49,349 nt of DNA from an uncultured Bacilli bacterium (GCA_944332215.1 CALVJP010000052.1:1-49349), one strand, 5' to 3'. Shown: positions 9,482 through 17,875, counted from the stretch's first letter. Notes: generated by a model not told the origin, from the sequence alone. Made by a program: numbers and translations.

Positions 9482-9940
9482 ATGAAAAAATATTTGTTCC
9501 CAGTAATCATCTCCCTTTTGCTAGGCACAGCTATGGCTTATTTTTTAATCAGCGGATATGATAAGGCCGATACCATTGCAGTATCAAAAAATGCGCAAAC
9601 AATTTATTATGTCCAAAGAGGGGTTTATTCTAGTAAAGAAAATATGCAAAATAATATGGCAGATTTTGAAAATTATATATACAATGTCGAAGATAATATG
9701 TATTACACATATATAGGAATATCCACAAATAAAAAAAATGCCGAAAAGATAAAAGGATATTATAAAGAAAAAGGGTATGATACTTATATAAAGGAAAAAG
9801 TGACAGATAATGGTAATTTCATAACAGTTTTGGGGCAATATGATGAGTTATTAGCGAAAACAGATGACGGAAATACCATTAATACCATTTGCAATCAAGT
9901 TTTGGCAAAATATGAGGAGTTGGTTAGTAATGAATATTAA
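9482..9940 (+). CDS. Membrane-anchored protein with a SPOR-like domain
   Basis: The RBS GGTGGTGA precedes the ATG at 9482. An N-terminal TM segment is followed by IYYVQRGVYSSKENMQ...YYTYIGISTNKKNAEKIKGYYKEKGYDTYIKE, which fits the SPOR repeat pattern (YxVQxGxFss..nA...). Confidence 0.5.
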   Translation: MKKYLFPVIISLLLGTAMAYFLISGYDKADTIAVSKNAQTIYYVQRGVYSSKENMQNNMADFENYIYNVEDNMYYTYIGISTNKKNAEKIKGYYKEKGYDTYIKEKVTDNGNFITVLGQYDELLAKTDDGNTINTICNQVLAKYEELVSNEY

Positions 9941-10610
9941 AATAAAAGACATTCCCCTTAATGATAGACCGCGCGAACGGTTAATCAATAAAGGCGTGAG
10001 TAGCTTAAGCGATGAAGAATTATTAGCTATTGTTTTAAAAACCGGTACAAAAGATATTTCTGCTAAAGTTTTAGCTGGACAAATTTTAAAATATGTCCAA
10101 GAAGTTAAAAATTTAAAAAATATTACATATCATGAATTAATCCAGTTAAAAGGAATCGGGGCAGCTAAAGCTTGTTTAGTGCTGGCTACAGTGGAGCTTA
10201 GCCGCCGAATTAATTATGAAAGAACAAGTATAAGAGATGTAAAATTAATAAGACCAGATATTGTTTATGATTATTATCGTCATTTAATTAGCCACGACCA
10301 AGAAATGTTTTATGCCCTTTATTTAGATTCCAGTAAAAAAGTATTAAAAGAAAAATTATTATTTATAGGAACTGTTAATCAAAGCATGGTCCATCCCCGT
10401 GATGTTTTTAAAGAAGCCTGCTTATCAAATGCCGTAGCCGTAATTTGTGTTCATAATCATCCAAGTGGAGATGTGCGACCAAGTAAAGAAGATATTTGGT
10501 TGACTAATAGGCTTCGGGAAGCAGGAATTTTGATGGGAATTAAATTAATTGATCATGTAATTGTCGCTGAACGCAAATACTATAGTTTTTTAGAAAATGG
10601 AAAAATATAG
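9930..10610 (+). CDS. radC: RadC-family (JAB/MPN) protein
   Basis: MNIKIKDIPLNDRPRERL N-terminus, an HhH region (LIQLKGIGAAKA), and the HNHPSGD JAMM motif. The track start at 9864 overlaps the previous gene and is unlikely. Confidence 0.85.
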   Translation: MNIKIKDIPLNDRPRERLINKGVSSLSDEELLAIVLKTGTKDISAKVLAGQILKYVQEVKNLKNITYHELIQLKGIGAAKACLVLATVELSRRINYERTSIRDVKLIRPDIVYDYYRHLISHDQEMFYALYLDSSKKVLKEKLLFIGTVNQSMVHPRDVFKEACLSNAVAVICVHNHPSGDVRPSKEDIWLTNRLREAGILMGIKLIDHVIVAERKYYSFLENGKI

Positions 10611-10658
10611 TTGGTTTTATGATAAAAATATATTATAATTTTATATAGGTGGTCTTAT

Positions 10659-11504
10659 ATGTATAAGAAGAAATTTGATAAACGTTATCTGTTAATTATT
10701 GGCATCGTAGTAGTGGCTATTTTATTAGTAGTTTTATCAGTTGCATTAAAAAAAGACCGTGATTTAAACCCGGTTGAAAAAATAATTAAAGATACAGGAA
10801 ATTTTGTCATTAACATTGTGACAGCACCCATAAATTTTATTCGCGATAAATGGGAAGAAAGCCAAGATAAAAATGACTTATATGAGAAATATAAAAAACT
10901 AAAAAATAAAGAAGAGCAAATGGATAAAGTTATTGCTGAATCTAATAATTTAAAAGAGGAAGTTGCCACGCTTAAAGAAACTTTAGAGTTAAATACAACT
11001 TTAAGTAGTATGGTTTATAAAAACGCCACCGTGATCAATCGCAATATTGATTACTGGTATGACGAAATAACCATAGACAAAGGAAAAAACGATGGTATTA
11101 TGAAAAACATGGCAGTAGTAAATAATGCTGGATTATTAGGTAAAGTTACAAGCGTGAGTAATCATGTGAGTACAATAAAATTATTAGCTAATGAAAATAT
11201 GAGCGATAAAATCAGTGTCAAAATCAAAGTGGATGATCAATATGTGTATGGTTTAATTTCCAAGTATAGTGCTAAAAATAATTCATATACAGTTGAGGGA
11301 ATCAGCGAAAATATTGACATTCCCAAAGGTGCTGAAGTTGTAACAACTGGCATGGGAGATATTTTTCCAAGTGGTTTATTAGTTGGCTCCGTGACCAAAG
11401 TAACTACCGATAATTTTGATTTATCCAAAGTTGCCGTCGTTAAAGCTTCAGTGGACTTTGATGCCATTGATTATGTAACCGTACTTAAAAGGAAAGATAG
11501 TTAA
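10659..11504 (+). CDS. mreC: Rod shape-determining protein MreC
   Basis: N-terminal TM segment, coiled coil, a C-terminal beta domain (VVTTGMGDIFPSGLLVGSV), and position upstream of mreD. Confidence 0.85.
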   Translation: MYKKKFDKRYLLIIGIVVVAILLVVLSVALKKDRDLNPVEKIIKDTGNFVINIVTAPINFIRDKWEESQDKNDLYEKYKKLKNKEEQMDKVIAESNNLKEEVATLKETLELNTTLSSMVYKNATVINRNIDYWYDEITIDKGKNDGIMKNMAVVNNAGLLGKVTSVSNHVSTIKLLANENMSDKISVKIKVDDQYVYGLISKYSAKNNSYTVEGISENIDIPKGAEVVTTGMGDIFPSGLLVGSVTKVTTDNFDLSKVAVVKASVDFDAIDYVTVLKRKDS

Positions 11505-11995
11505 TGATCCCATTAGTACTAATTATTTCTTTTATTTTAGATAGCATTATTTCTAATTTTGTACCATTGCATAGTATATTTATGCCTTTATTTATTTTAA
11601 TGGCTTTGATTATTGTTTATCCATATTTTAATGGGAATAAAGCCAGATATTATACCACCACCTTTTTAACCGGATTATTTTATGATCTGATATATACTAA
11701 TACCATTGTCATCCATGCTTTTTTGTTTTTAATTATTGCTTTTGTCATTACACGACTTAATTTACTTTTAGCTAATAATTATGTCAATGTGGGAATCATG
11801 GCAATTATCTGTATCATTATTTACCGTTCAATTGCCTATGGCTTATTACTAATTACTGCCAATATTGCGTTTGACTGGCATACGTGGTTTACCAGTATAT
11901 ATAGTTCCTTATTACTAAATATTTTATATGTAATTGGTGTTTTCATTTTAACCGATAAAATAAGCCTTAAATTTAAAATTCATCGGTCAAATTAA
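11504..11995 (+). CDS. mreD: Rod shape-determining protein MreD
   Basis: Polytopic small membrane protein whose start is coupled to the mreC stop (TAATG). Confidence 0.7.
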   Translation: MIPLVLIISFILDSIISNFVPLHSIFMPLFILMALIIVYPYFNGNKARYYTTTFLTGLFYDLIYTNTIVIHAFLFLIIAFVITRLNLLLANNYVNVGIMAIICIIIYRSIAYGLLLITANIAFDWHTWFTSIYSSLLLNILYVIGVFILTDKISLKFKIHRSN

Positions 11996-12073
11996 AAGTT
12001 ATACAAATTAAAAATAAAAGCGAGAAGTTCTAAAAACTTCTTTTTTTTATATATTGTAGTAGGGTGATAAATT

Positions 12074-12637
12074 ATGGCAAAGAAAGCAAAAACTAAACCA
12101 TCAAGAATGTCAAGATATTTTAGTAGATTTTTAGTCTTAGTAGTAATTGTTTTAACCTTATTAGTAGCTTTAAAAGGAAATGCTGATTTCCGCGATTTTG
12201 TTTATAAAAAAGTATTTCAGAACAATATGAGTTTTGCCAAAATAAATGAAATTTATAAAAAATATTTTGGGTCATCATTACCTTTAGCCGATAATGTGAC
12301 CGAAAACACAGAATTAGTTTCTGCCACGAAACTAGAGTATACCGATAGTAGTAAATATAAAGATGGGGCAAAACTAACAGTTAAAGACGGCTATTTAGCG
12401 CCCACCATGGATAGCGGTATTGTTATTTTTGCTGGTGAAAAGGACGATTACGGCAATACCGTTATTATTCAAAGACCAGATAATGTAGAAGTATGGTATG
12501 CCAATTTGAAAAATATAAGTGTTAGTCTTTATGATTATATTAAAAAAGGGGAAATTGTCGGAGAAGTAAACGGCACTAGTTTATATCTAGTGTATACTAA
12601 GGAAGGCAAGGCCTTAGACTATAAAGAATATCTTTAA
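12074..12637 (+). CDS. Membrane-anchored degenerate LytM (M23-like) domain protein, SpoIVFA-like by position
   Basis: The C-terminal pattern SGIVIFAGEKDDYGNTVIIQRPDNVEVWYANL...GEIVG fits an M23/LytM fold. The whole protein contains no histidine, so the HxxxD/HxH zinc site is absent. It occupies the B. subtilis spoIVFA position. Confidence 0.55.
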   Translation: MAKKAKTKPSRMSRYFSRFLVLVVIVLTLLVALKGNADFRDFVYKKVFQNNMSFAKINEIYKKYFGSSLPLADNVTENTELVSATKLEYTDSSKYKDGAKLTVKDGYLAPTMDSGIVIFAGEKDDYGNTVIIQRPDNVEVWYANLKNISVSLYDYIKKGEIVGEVNGTSLYLVYTKEGKALDYKEYL

Positions 12638-12674
12638 GCCCCATTTCTTTTACTATATAACAGCTCTTATTTGC

Positions 12675-13364
12675 ATGATTACAGGTAATTTTAAGGGCTT
12701 TTTAATTTTTACGGCAATTACCTTAGTGCATGAGTTAGGTCACATAGGAGCGGCTTTATTTTATAAATGGAATATTGAAAAAGTTTGGTTATTACCCTTT
12801 GGAGCTTTAACCATATTCCGCGAAAAAATAAATCGTCCTTTAAAAGAAGAATTTTGGATTTTAATTATGGGTCCGTTGATGCAGATAATCGGTGTTAATT
12901 TATATTTACAATTTGATTATAATCCAGATGTGATAAATTATAGTAATTTAATTTTAATGTTTAATTTACTGCCTATTTATCCACTTGACGGTTCAAAACT
13001 TTTAAACATATGTTTAAATAAGATTACTAGTTTTAAAAAAAGTCATTTATGGACAATATATATATCATTTTTAACAATAGTAACCTTATTGTTAAAAGTT
13101 AATTTTAATTTAATTTTTGGATTAATTATTTTATTTATAGCCTTTAAAGTTATCGATGAATATAAAAATCATAATAGTTTATTTAATAAGTTTTTGTGGG
13201 AACGCTATAACAATGATTTTAAGTTTAAAAAGAAAAAAATAATTAGAGGAAAAAACGTCAAAAAAATGAAACGAGATTATCGCCATGTTTTTTATACTCA
13301 GGATAAAATCCTTACTGAACAAGAAATATTACAAAGGAGGTTTGACTTTACTAGAAAAATATGA
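12675..13364 (+). CDS. M50 site-2 protease, SpoIVFB-like
   Basis: An HELGH motif lies in the first TM segment and the NLLPIYPLDG second motif is present. The gene sits directly upstream of rplU, as spoIVFB does in Bacillus. The reading frame stays open upstream of 12675, so a non-ATG upstream start cannot be excluded. Confidence 0.7.
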   Translation: MITGNFKGFLIFTAITLVHELGHIGAALFYKWNIEKVWLLPFGALTIFREKINRPLKEEFWILIMGPLMQIIGVNLYLQFDYNPDVINYSNLILMFNLLPIYPLDGSKLLNICLNKITSFKKSHLWTIYISFLTIVTLLLKVNFNLIFGLIILFIAFKVIDEYKNHNSLFNKFLWERYNNDFKFKKKKIIRGKNVKKMKRDYRHVFYTQDKILTEQEILQRRFDFTRKI

Positions 13365-13370
13365 TAAAAT
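13342..13370 (+). promoter_or_regulatory. Sigma-A-type promoter for rplU-prp-rpmA
   Basis: TTGACT, a 17-bp spacer, then TAAAAT, located at the 3' end of the protease gene. Confidence 0.55.
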
Positions 13371-13376
13371 CTGTAA

Positions 13377-13472
13377 TTGTGTAGAGCCTCACTCTACAAC
13401 CGCGCAGAAAAGGTTTTAAAATAGCAATATTACCTTAATGGCGAGTCTTAGAAAATTAAAGGAGGTTATGTT
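13377..13472 (+). promoter_or_regulatory. Structured 5' leader of rplU (possible L21-leader type ribosomal autoregulatory element)
   Basis: A roughly 95-nt leader that is more GC-rich than its flanks. It contains a TGTAGAG-cctca-CTCTACA hairpin at 13380-13398. The family assignment was not verified. Confidence 0.3.
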
Positions 13473-13772
13473 ATGAAAGCAGTTTTCGAAACTGGAGGAA
13501 AACAATATTATGCCGAAGAAGGTACAATTCTTTATGTTGAAAAACTAGATGCTGCTGAAGGGGACAAAGTGATTTTTGACCAAGTTTTAATGGTTGATGG
13601 TCGTACCGGGATGCCTTATATTAAAGGTGCCACAGTAGAAGCTAAAGTTGTTAAACAAGGAAAAGGCAAAAAAATTAAAATCTTTAAATTTAAAGCTAAA
13701 AAGAAATATCGTCGTACTCAAGGTCATCGTCAACCATATACTAAAGTTGAAATTACTAAAATTAATCAATAA
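13473..13772 (+). CDS. rplU: 50S ribosomal protein L21
   Basis: [17 protein letters not shown]... and a basic C-terminus. Confidence 0.95.
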   Translation: MKAVFETGGKQYYAEEGTILYVEKLDAAEGDKVIFDQVLMVDGRTGMPYIKGATVEAKVVKQGKGKKIKIFKFKAKKKYRRTQGHRQPYTKVEITKINQ

Positions 13773-14068
13773 TGATCAAAATAAAAATAGCTAAAAATCG
13801 TATTGAAATAAGTGGCCATGCAATGTATGACGATAAAGGTAAAGATATTGTCTGTGCTTCAGTTAGTAGTATCGTGATTACTAGTGTTAATGCACTTTTA
13901 CGCTTTGATAAAAATGCTTTGACATATGAAGAAAAAAATGGATATTTGAAAATTGAAATTGTAAAGCCTTCAAAAAAAAGCGATACAATTATTTCCAATA
14001 TGATAGATCTATTAAAAGAATTAGAAAAACAGTATGACAAAAATATCAAAATATACGAGGAGGTGTAG
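13772..14068 (+). CDS. prp: Ribosomal-processing cysteine protease Prp (YsxB family)
   Basis: Lies between rplU and rpmA. It has the GHAMYDDKGKDIVCASVS motif with the catalytic His/Cys context. Confidence 0.85.
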   Translation: MIKIKIAKNRIEISGHAMYDDKGKDIVCASVSSIVITSVNALLRFDKNALTYEEKNGYLKIEIVKPSKKSDTIISNMIDLLKELEKQYDKNIKIYEEV

Positions 14069-14071
14069 TTC

Positions 14072-14356
14072 ATGCCAATGTTAAAATTAAATATTCAATT
14101 ATTCGCTCATAAAAAAGGACAAGGGTCAACTAAAAATGGTCGTGATTCAGAATCTAAACGATTAGGAGCTAAAGCTGCCGATGGCGAAATTGTGACTGGC
14201 GGATCTATTTTATATCGTCAAAGAGGCACAAAAATTTATCCTGGAAACAATGTTGGAATTGGTAAAGATGATACGCTGTTTGCCAAAATATCTGGTATGG
14301 TTAAATTTGAACGTGTTGGAAAAGATAAAAAGCAAGTTAGTGTTTATCCGCAGTAA
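14072..14356 (+). CDS. rpmA: 50S ribosomal protein L27 with an N-terminal Prp-cleaved extension
   Basis: (MP)[10 protein letters not shown] followed by [14 protein letters not shown], the Firmicute pro-L27 pattern. The start could be 14072 or 14078. Confidence 0.95.
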   Translation: MPMLKLNIQLFAHKKGQGSTKNGRDSESKRLGAKAADGEIVTGGSILYRQRGTKIYPGNNVGIGKDDTLFAKISGMVKFERVGKDKKQVSVYPQ

Positions 14357-14388
14357 AAGGATAAGCACTTTTTCTATAAAAAAGCACA

Positions 14389-14691
14389 TTAACATAATGT
14401 GTCACCAGGTTTTAGATTTTTGATAAAACCGGCCGGAAATTCATAGGTGTAGTAAACATTTTTTTTCGGCCAAATGATTCTGTTAGGCGCTAATGCATGG
14501 TAAATTTTCAGGATTTTATAGTCACGATTAGTTAATACAACGTCAATATTCTCATACATGAAAAAAGTGTGAATACCATTGCATCTTAATTTAAGGGCAT
14601 AAGGGAAATTACGTTGAAACATAAGGCCTTTTAAATGGGAAAAAAAGCCATGACACTCTTTGATCTCAATATTTTGGTTTTCAATTAACAT
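14389..14691 (-). CDS. DUF192 family protein
   Basis: GLMF...IHTFFM...IDVV...PNRI...EFPAG...PGD matches the DUF192 (COG1430) pattern. The RBS GGTGG precedes the ATG at 14691. The longer track ORF reaching 14841 would run through the neighbouring promoter. Confidence 0.65.
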   Translation of the reverse strand: MLIENQNIEIKECHGFFSHLKGLMFQRNFPYALKLRCNGIHTFFMYENIDVVLTNRDYKILKIYHALAPNRIIWPKKNVYYTYEFPAGFIKNLKPGDTLC

Positions 14692-14742
14692 ATAACCACC
14701 AAATATAGTATAGCATATTTTGGGGTATTTACAGTTTAAGAC

Positions 14743-14771
14743 TTGATTTTTTTTAGAAAAAACCATATAAT
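14743..14771 (+). promoter_or_regulatory. Sigma-A-type promoter of the Flp-like pilin gene
   Basis: TTGATT, a 17-bp spacer, then TATAAT. Confidence 0.6.
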
Positions 14772-14810
14772 GTTTATAGAATATGGTAGACGGCGCAGGA
14801 GGAAAACAAT

Positions 14811-15005
14811 ATGAGTAAAATAGGTAATAGGGGACAGGCACTAGTAGAATACTTGTTAATCATTGCTGTTGTTAGTGTTATTGTGGTAAGTGTTGTTAAA
14901 TTATTAGGCGGATATTTACAGGATTCTATGACAAAATCATCGTGCAAATTAATTGATAAGGAGTATGTAGAAGGCGCGAAACCGGGCCAAGGCACATGTC
15001 AATAG
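14811..15005 (+). CDS. Flp/Fap-type (type IVb, Tad-class) prepilin-like protein
   Basis: AGGAGG lies 8 nt upstream. The leader MSKIGNRG is followed by QALVEYLLIIAVVSVIVV, which is the G/XXXXEY Flp motif plus a hydrophobic helix. Two C-terminal Cys residues are at positions 45 and 63. A strong terminator follows immediately. Confidence 0.6.
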   Translation: MSKIGNRGQALVEYLLIIAVVSVIVVSVVKLLGGYLQDSMTKSSCKLIDKEYVEGAKPGQGTCQ

Positions 15006-15029
15006 AAGATAAGCAGTTATCTTCTTTTT
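15004..15029 (+). terminator. Rho-independent terminator of the Flp-like gene
   Basis: A perfect 9-bp stem (AGAAGATAA-gcag-TTATCTTCT) followed by TTTT. It overlaps the stop codon. Confidence 0.8.
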
Positions 15030-15045
15030 GTATAAGGAGGCACAT

Positions 15046-15435
15046 ATGAAGTTATTAAAAAAACATAATTGGTGGATATGGTTATTATTAAGTATTTTAA
15101 CTTTAGGTATTTCGACTCTTTTATTAGGATTTCTTTTAAAAGTTTATGAAAAAAATGCTTGGTATACTAATTGGTATTATTGGGTTTTAGGCTTCTTTTT
15201 TGGCCTTTTGCCAGGCATAATAATGTTCATAGTATTTAGTATTCAAATTTCAGTATTAGTTTGTTTAAAATTAAATACGCCAGGTAAAGAAATTTACGAA
15301 TTACCTTATACTTGGATTTTATTAGCAATGATTCCCATAGTTGGCTGGACTTTATTTGTGGTTTTATTTATCTACACTCATTTGATTTATGTAATTAGTT
15401 TATGGCAAGGAAAGGGTGAGCATTATATAGCTTAG
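15046..15435 (+). CDS. Polytopic membrane protein, Trp/Tyr-rich (possibly DUF4234-like)
   Basis: AAGGAGG precedes the ATG at 15046. There are four predicted hydrophobic segments. The family call is tentative. Confidence 0.45.
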   Translation: MKLLKKHNWWIWLLLSILTLGISTLLLGFLLKVYEKNAWYTNWYYWVLGFFFGLLPGIIMFIVFSIQISVLVCLKLNTPGKEIYELPYTWILLAMIPIVGWTLFVVLFIYTHLIYVISLWQGKGEHYIA

Positions 15436-15503
15436 CCTTTTTATAACGATTAATTGCCAGGAAATAATTACTATTTTTAATTATTTATGCTATAATTAAA
15501 AAG

Positions 15504-15911
15504 GTGATGCGAGTGCAAACAAATAGAAGCGAATTACGAAAACTTTGTATGACAATTTTATATCAAATTGAAATTTATAAAAAAAACAATATTGATTATC
15601 AAATTGATGATGTCATAAACGAAGTAGTAGACATAGATAACGAATTTGTCAAAGAGATCGTATATGGAGTGACAACTTATCGCAATGAAATTGATCAAAT
15701 AGCCAATAAATATTTAACCGGCTGGACTATTGATAGACTAGGTAATACCGATGGGGCCATATTAAGAATGGGTATATTTGAACTTCTATATACCCAAACC
15801 CCAGCTATCGTAGCCATTAACGAGGCCGTCGAATTAGCTAAAGTGTATAGTGATGATGACGTGCGCAAAATGATAAATGGAGTCTTAGATAAAGTCTACC
15901 ATAATAAGTAG
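15504..15911 (+). CDS. nusB: Transcription antitermination factor NusB
   Basis: RSELRKLCMTILYQIE... and AILRMGIFELLY...INEAVELAK motifs. The start is ambiguous (GTG 15504, ATG 15507, GTG 15513). The GTG at 15513 has the best spacing from AAGGTGA. Confidence 0.85.
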   Translation: MMRVQTNRSELRKLCMTILYQIEIYKKNNIDYQIDDVINEVVDIDNEFVKEIVYGVTTYRNEIDQIANKYLTGWTIDRLGNTDGAILRMGIFELLYTQTPAIVAINEAVELAKVYSDDDVRKMINGVLDKVYHNK

Positions 15912-15919
15912 GGGTGAAC

Positions 15920-17200
15920 ATGGAAGAAAAATATTTAACGGTCAGTGCGATAACTCGTTATTTAAAAATGAAGTTTGATACAGACGATAATCTTAAAACC
16001 GTTTTTTTAAAAGGGGAAATATCTAATTTTAAAGCTCATACATCGGGACATTTATATTTTTCCATAAAAGATGAAAGTAGTAAAATAAATGCCATTATGT
16101 TTAGTCGTAATGCCCTTAAATTAGATTTTAAGCCCGAAGATGGAACAAAAGTATTAATTACGGGCCGCATTAGTATATATGAGGCTACCGGCAACTATCA
16201 AATTTATGTCGAACAGATGCTAGAAGATGGTGTCGGCAATTTATATGTGGCTTTTGAAAACTTGAAAAAAAAATTACAAGCCGAAGGTTTATTTGATGAA
16301 AGCCATAAAAAACCAATTCCTAAAGTCCCAAGACGCGTGGGAATTATTACGGCTAGTACCGGGGCGGCCATTAGAGATATTATAACGACTATTAAACGAC
16401 GTTTTCCAAGTTGCGAAACTATTTTATTTCCGACTTTAGTACAAGGTGATAAGGCTAAAGATGATATTGTCCGCAATATTAATCGGGCTAAAGACTATGA
16501 TTTAGATGTTTTAATCGTTGGCCGTGGTGGGGGCTCGATTGAAGATTTGTGGCCCTTTAATGAAGAAATCGTTGCTAGAGCGATTTATGATTCCAAAATT
16601 CCCATCATCAGCGCGGTTGGTCATGAAATCGATTTTACAATAAGCGATTTTGTGGCCGATTTACGAGCTCCTACCCCAACAGCGGCTGCCGAGCTAGCGG
16701 TTCCTAATTTAATTGATTTGGAAAAAAATCTTGAAAGTTTAAGCGTAAGATTAAAAGAAGCTATGTATAAAAAGATTAATTTTCAAAAATTATATTTAGA
16801 TTCTATAAAAAATTCTTTTGTAATAAAAAATCCTATGATTATGTATGATAATAAACGTCAAAAAATTGATTTGATGTTAGGCCGCTTAAACGAACTAATG
16901 CTAAGGCGGGTAGAAAAACAAAAAGAGCATTTACAGCTTTTGCGTCGCAGTTATATTTTTAATAGTCCCCAAAAACTATATCAAGAAAAACAGAAATTAC
17001 TTATTAATATTTGTGATAAATTAGAACTTTTAAATCCTTTAAAAGTATTAAATCGGGGTTATAGTATTACTTATAGCCAGGGAAAAGTAGTCAAAGATAT
17101 TAAAGATGTTGGAAAAACTTTGCAAATAAAATTATATAATGGACTTGTACAAGCACAAGTTATAGAAAAGGAGGAAAATAAGCATGGCCAAAAAGTTTGA
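15920..17200 (+). CDS. xseA: Exodeoxyribonuclease VII large subunit
   Basis: OB-fold N-terminus (SAITRYLK...GEISNFK.HTSGHLYFSIKD), GRGGGSIEDLWPFNEE, and a coiled C-terminus. Confidence 0.9.
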   Translation: MEEKYLTVSAITRYLKMKFDTDDNLKTVFLKGEISNFKAHTSGHLYFSIKDESSKINAIMFSRNALKLDFKPEDGTKVLITGRISIYEATGNYQIYVEQMLEDGVGNLYVAFENLKKKLQAEGLFDESHKKPIPKVPRRVGIITASTGAAIRDIITTIKRRFPSCETILFPTLVQGDKAKDDIVRNINRAKDYDLDVLIVGRGGGSIEDLWPFNEEIVARAIYDSKIPIISAVGHEIDFTISDFVADLRAPTPTAAAELAVPNLIDLEKNLESLSVRLKEAMYKKINFQKLYLDSIKNSFVIKNPMIMYDNKRQKIDLMLGRLNELMLRRVEKQKEHLQLLRRSYIFNSPQKLYQEKQKLLINICDKLELLNPLKVLNRGYSITYSQGKVVKDIKDVGKTLQIKLYNGLVQAQVIEKEENKHGQKV

Positions 17201-17405
17201 AGATAAAGTAAAAGAATTAGAAGAAATTATTAACGTTTTAGAAAGTGGCGACATTGAATTAGAGGCATCGATTAATAAATACACCGAAGCTATGCAATTA
17301 GTCAAAGAATGTGACGAAGAATTAAAACAAATTGAAGATAAAGTAAATAAAATGGTGGCTGAAGATGGTAGTTTAACCGATTTTGATGTCGAAAAATGTG
17401 TTTAA
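17184..17405 (+). CDS. xseB: Exodeoxyribonuclease VII small subunit
   Basis: A small helical acidic protein that overlaps the xseA stop. AGGAGG RBS. Confidence 0.85.
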   Translation: MAKKFEDKVKELEEIINVLESGDIELEASINKYTEAMQLVKECDEELKQIEDKVNKMVAEDGSLTDFDVEKCV

Positions 17406-17432
17406 GCATGTTGGATAATCAACATGTTTTTC
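17405..17432 (+). terminator. Rho-independent terminator after xseB
   Basis: GCATGTTG-gataat-CAACATGT hairpin followed by TTTTT. Confidence 0.65.
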
Positions 17433-17456
17433 TTTAACAACTTTAATGACTTATTC

Positions 17457-17485
17457 TTGACTATTAAATTGAATTTCTTTATAAT
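17457..17485 (+). promoter_or_regulatory. Consensus sigma-A promoter of the pilin operon
   Basis: TTGACT, a 17-bp spacer, then TATAAT. Confidence 0.65.
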
Positions 17486-17503
17486 TTAAAATAGGTGAAA
17501 GAT

Positions 17504-17875
17504 ATGAATAAAGGTTTTACATTAATTGAATTATTAGGAGTTATTGTGATTTTGGGTATTTTGGCCATGATAGCCGTCCCGGTTATCGATAACTCCGTTA
17601 ATAAAAGTAAAGATAATTTATATGTTACTCAAGAAAGCCAAATTATTAAAGGGACTAAAGATTATTATGCAGAGCATATAAGCGAGTTACCCCAAAATGA
17701 CGGCGATGTCATCACAATTACTATTCAAGAATTACAAGAAGCTGGATATTTACCTTTAGAAATTAAAAATCCTAAAACCAACGAGGATTTTGCACCCACA
17801 ACAACTATTTTAGTGACTAAAGAGGGCAAAGGTTTTAAATACGAATTAGATAAAGATACCATAGGAGGCGCCTAA
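17504..17875 (+). CDS. Type IV pilin / pseudopilin (prepilin-type N-terminal cleavage/methylation domain, ComGC/PilA-like)
   Basis: MNKG followed by FTLIELLGVIVILGILAMIAVP, i.e. G/F at the cleavage site, Glu at +5 and a hydrophobic helix. The RBS AGGTGA precedes the ATG at 17504. Confidence 0.75.
   Translation: MNKGFTLIELLGVIVILGILAMIAVPVIDNSVNKSKDNLYVTQESQIIKGTKDYYAEHISELPQNDGDVITITIQELQEAGYLPLEIKNPKTNEDFAPTTTILVTKEGKGFKYELDKDTIGGA

Noticed and set aside
14692-14995. The upstream extension of the DUF192 ORF (to 14841) and the 73-aa minus-strand ORF 14774..14995 antisense to the Flp-like gene.
   Set aside because: The DUF192 homology begins at the internal ATG (14691), which has its own GGTGG RBS. 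The extension would run through the Flp promoter and RBS. The antisense ORF has no translation signals.
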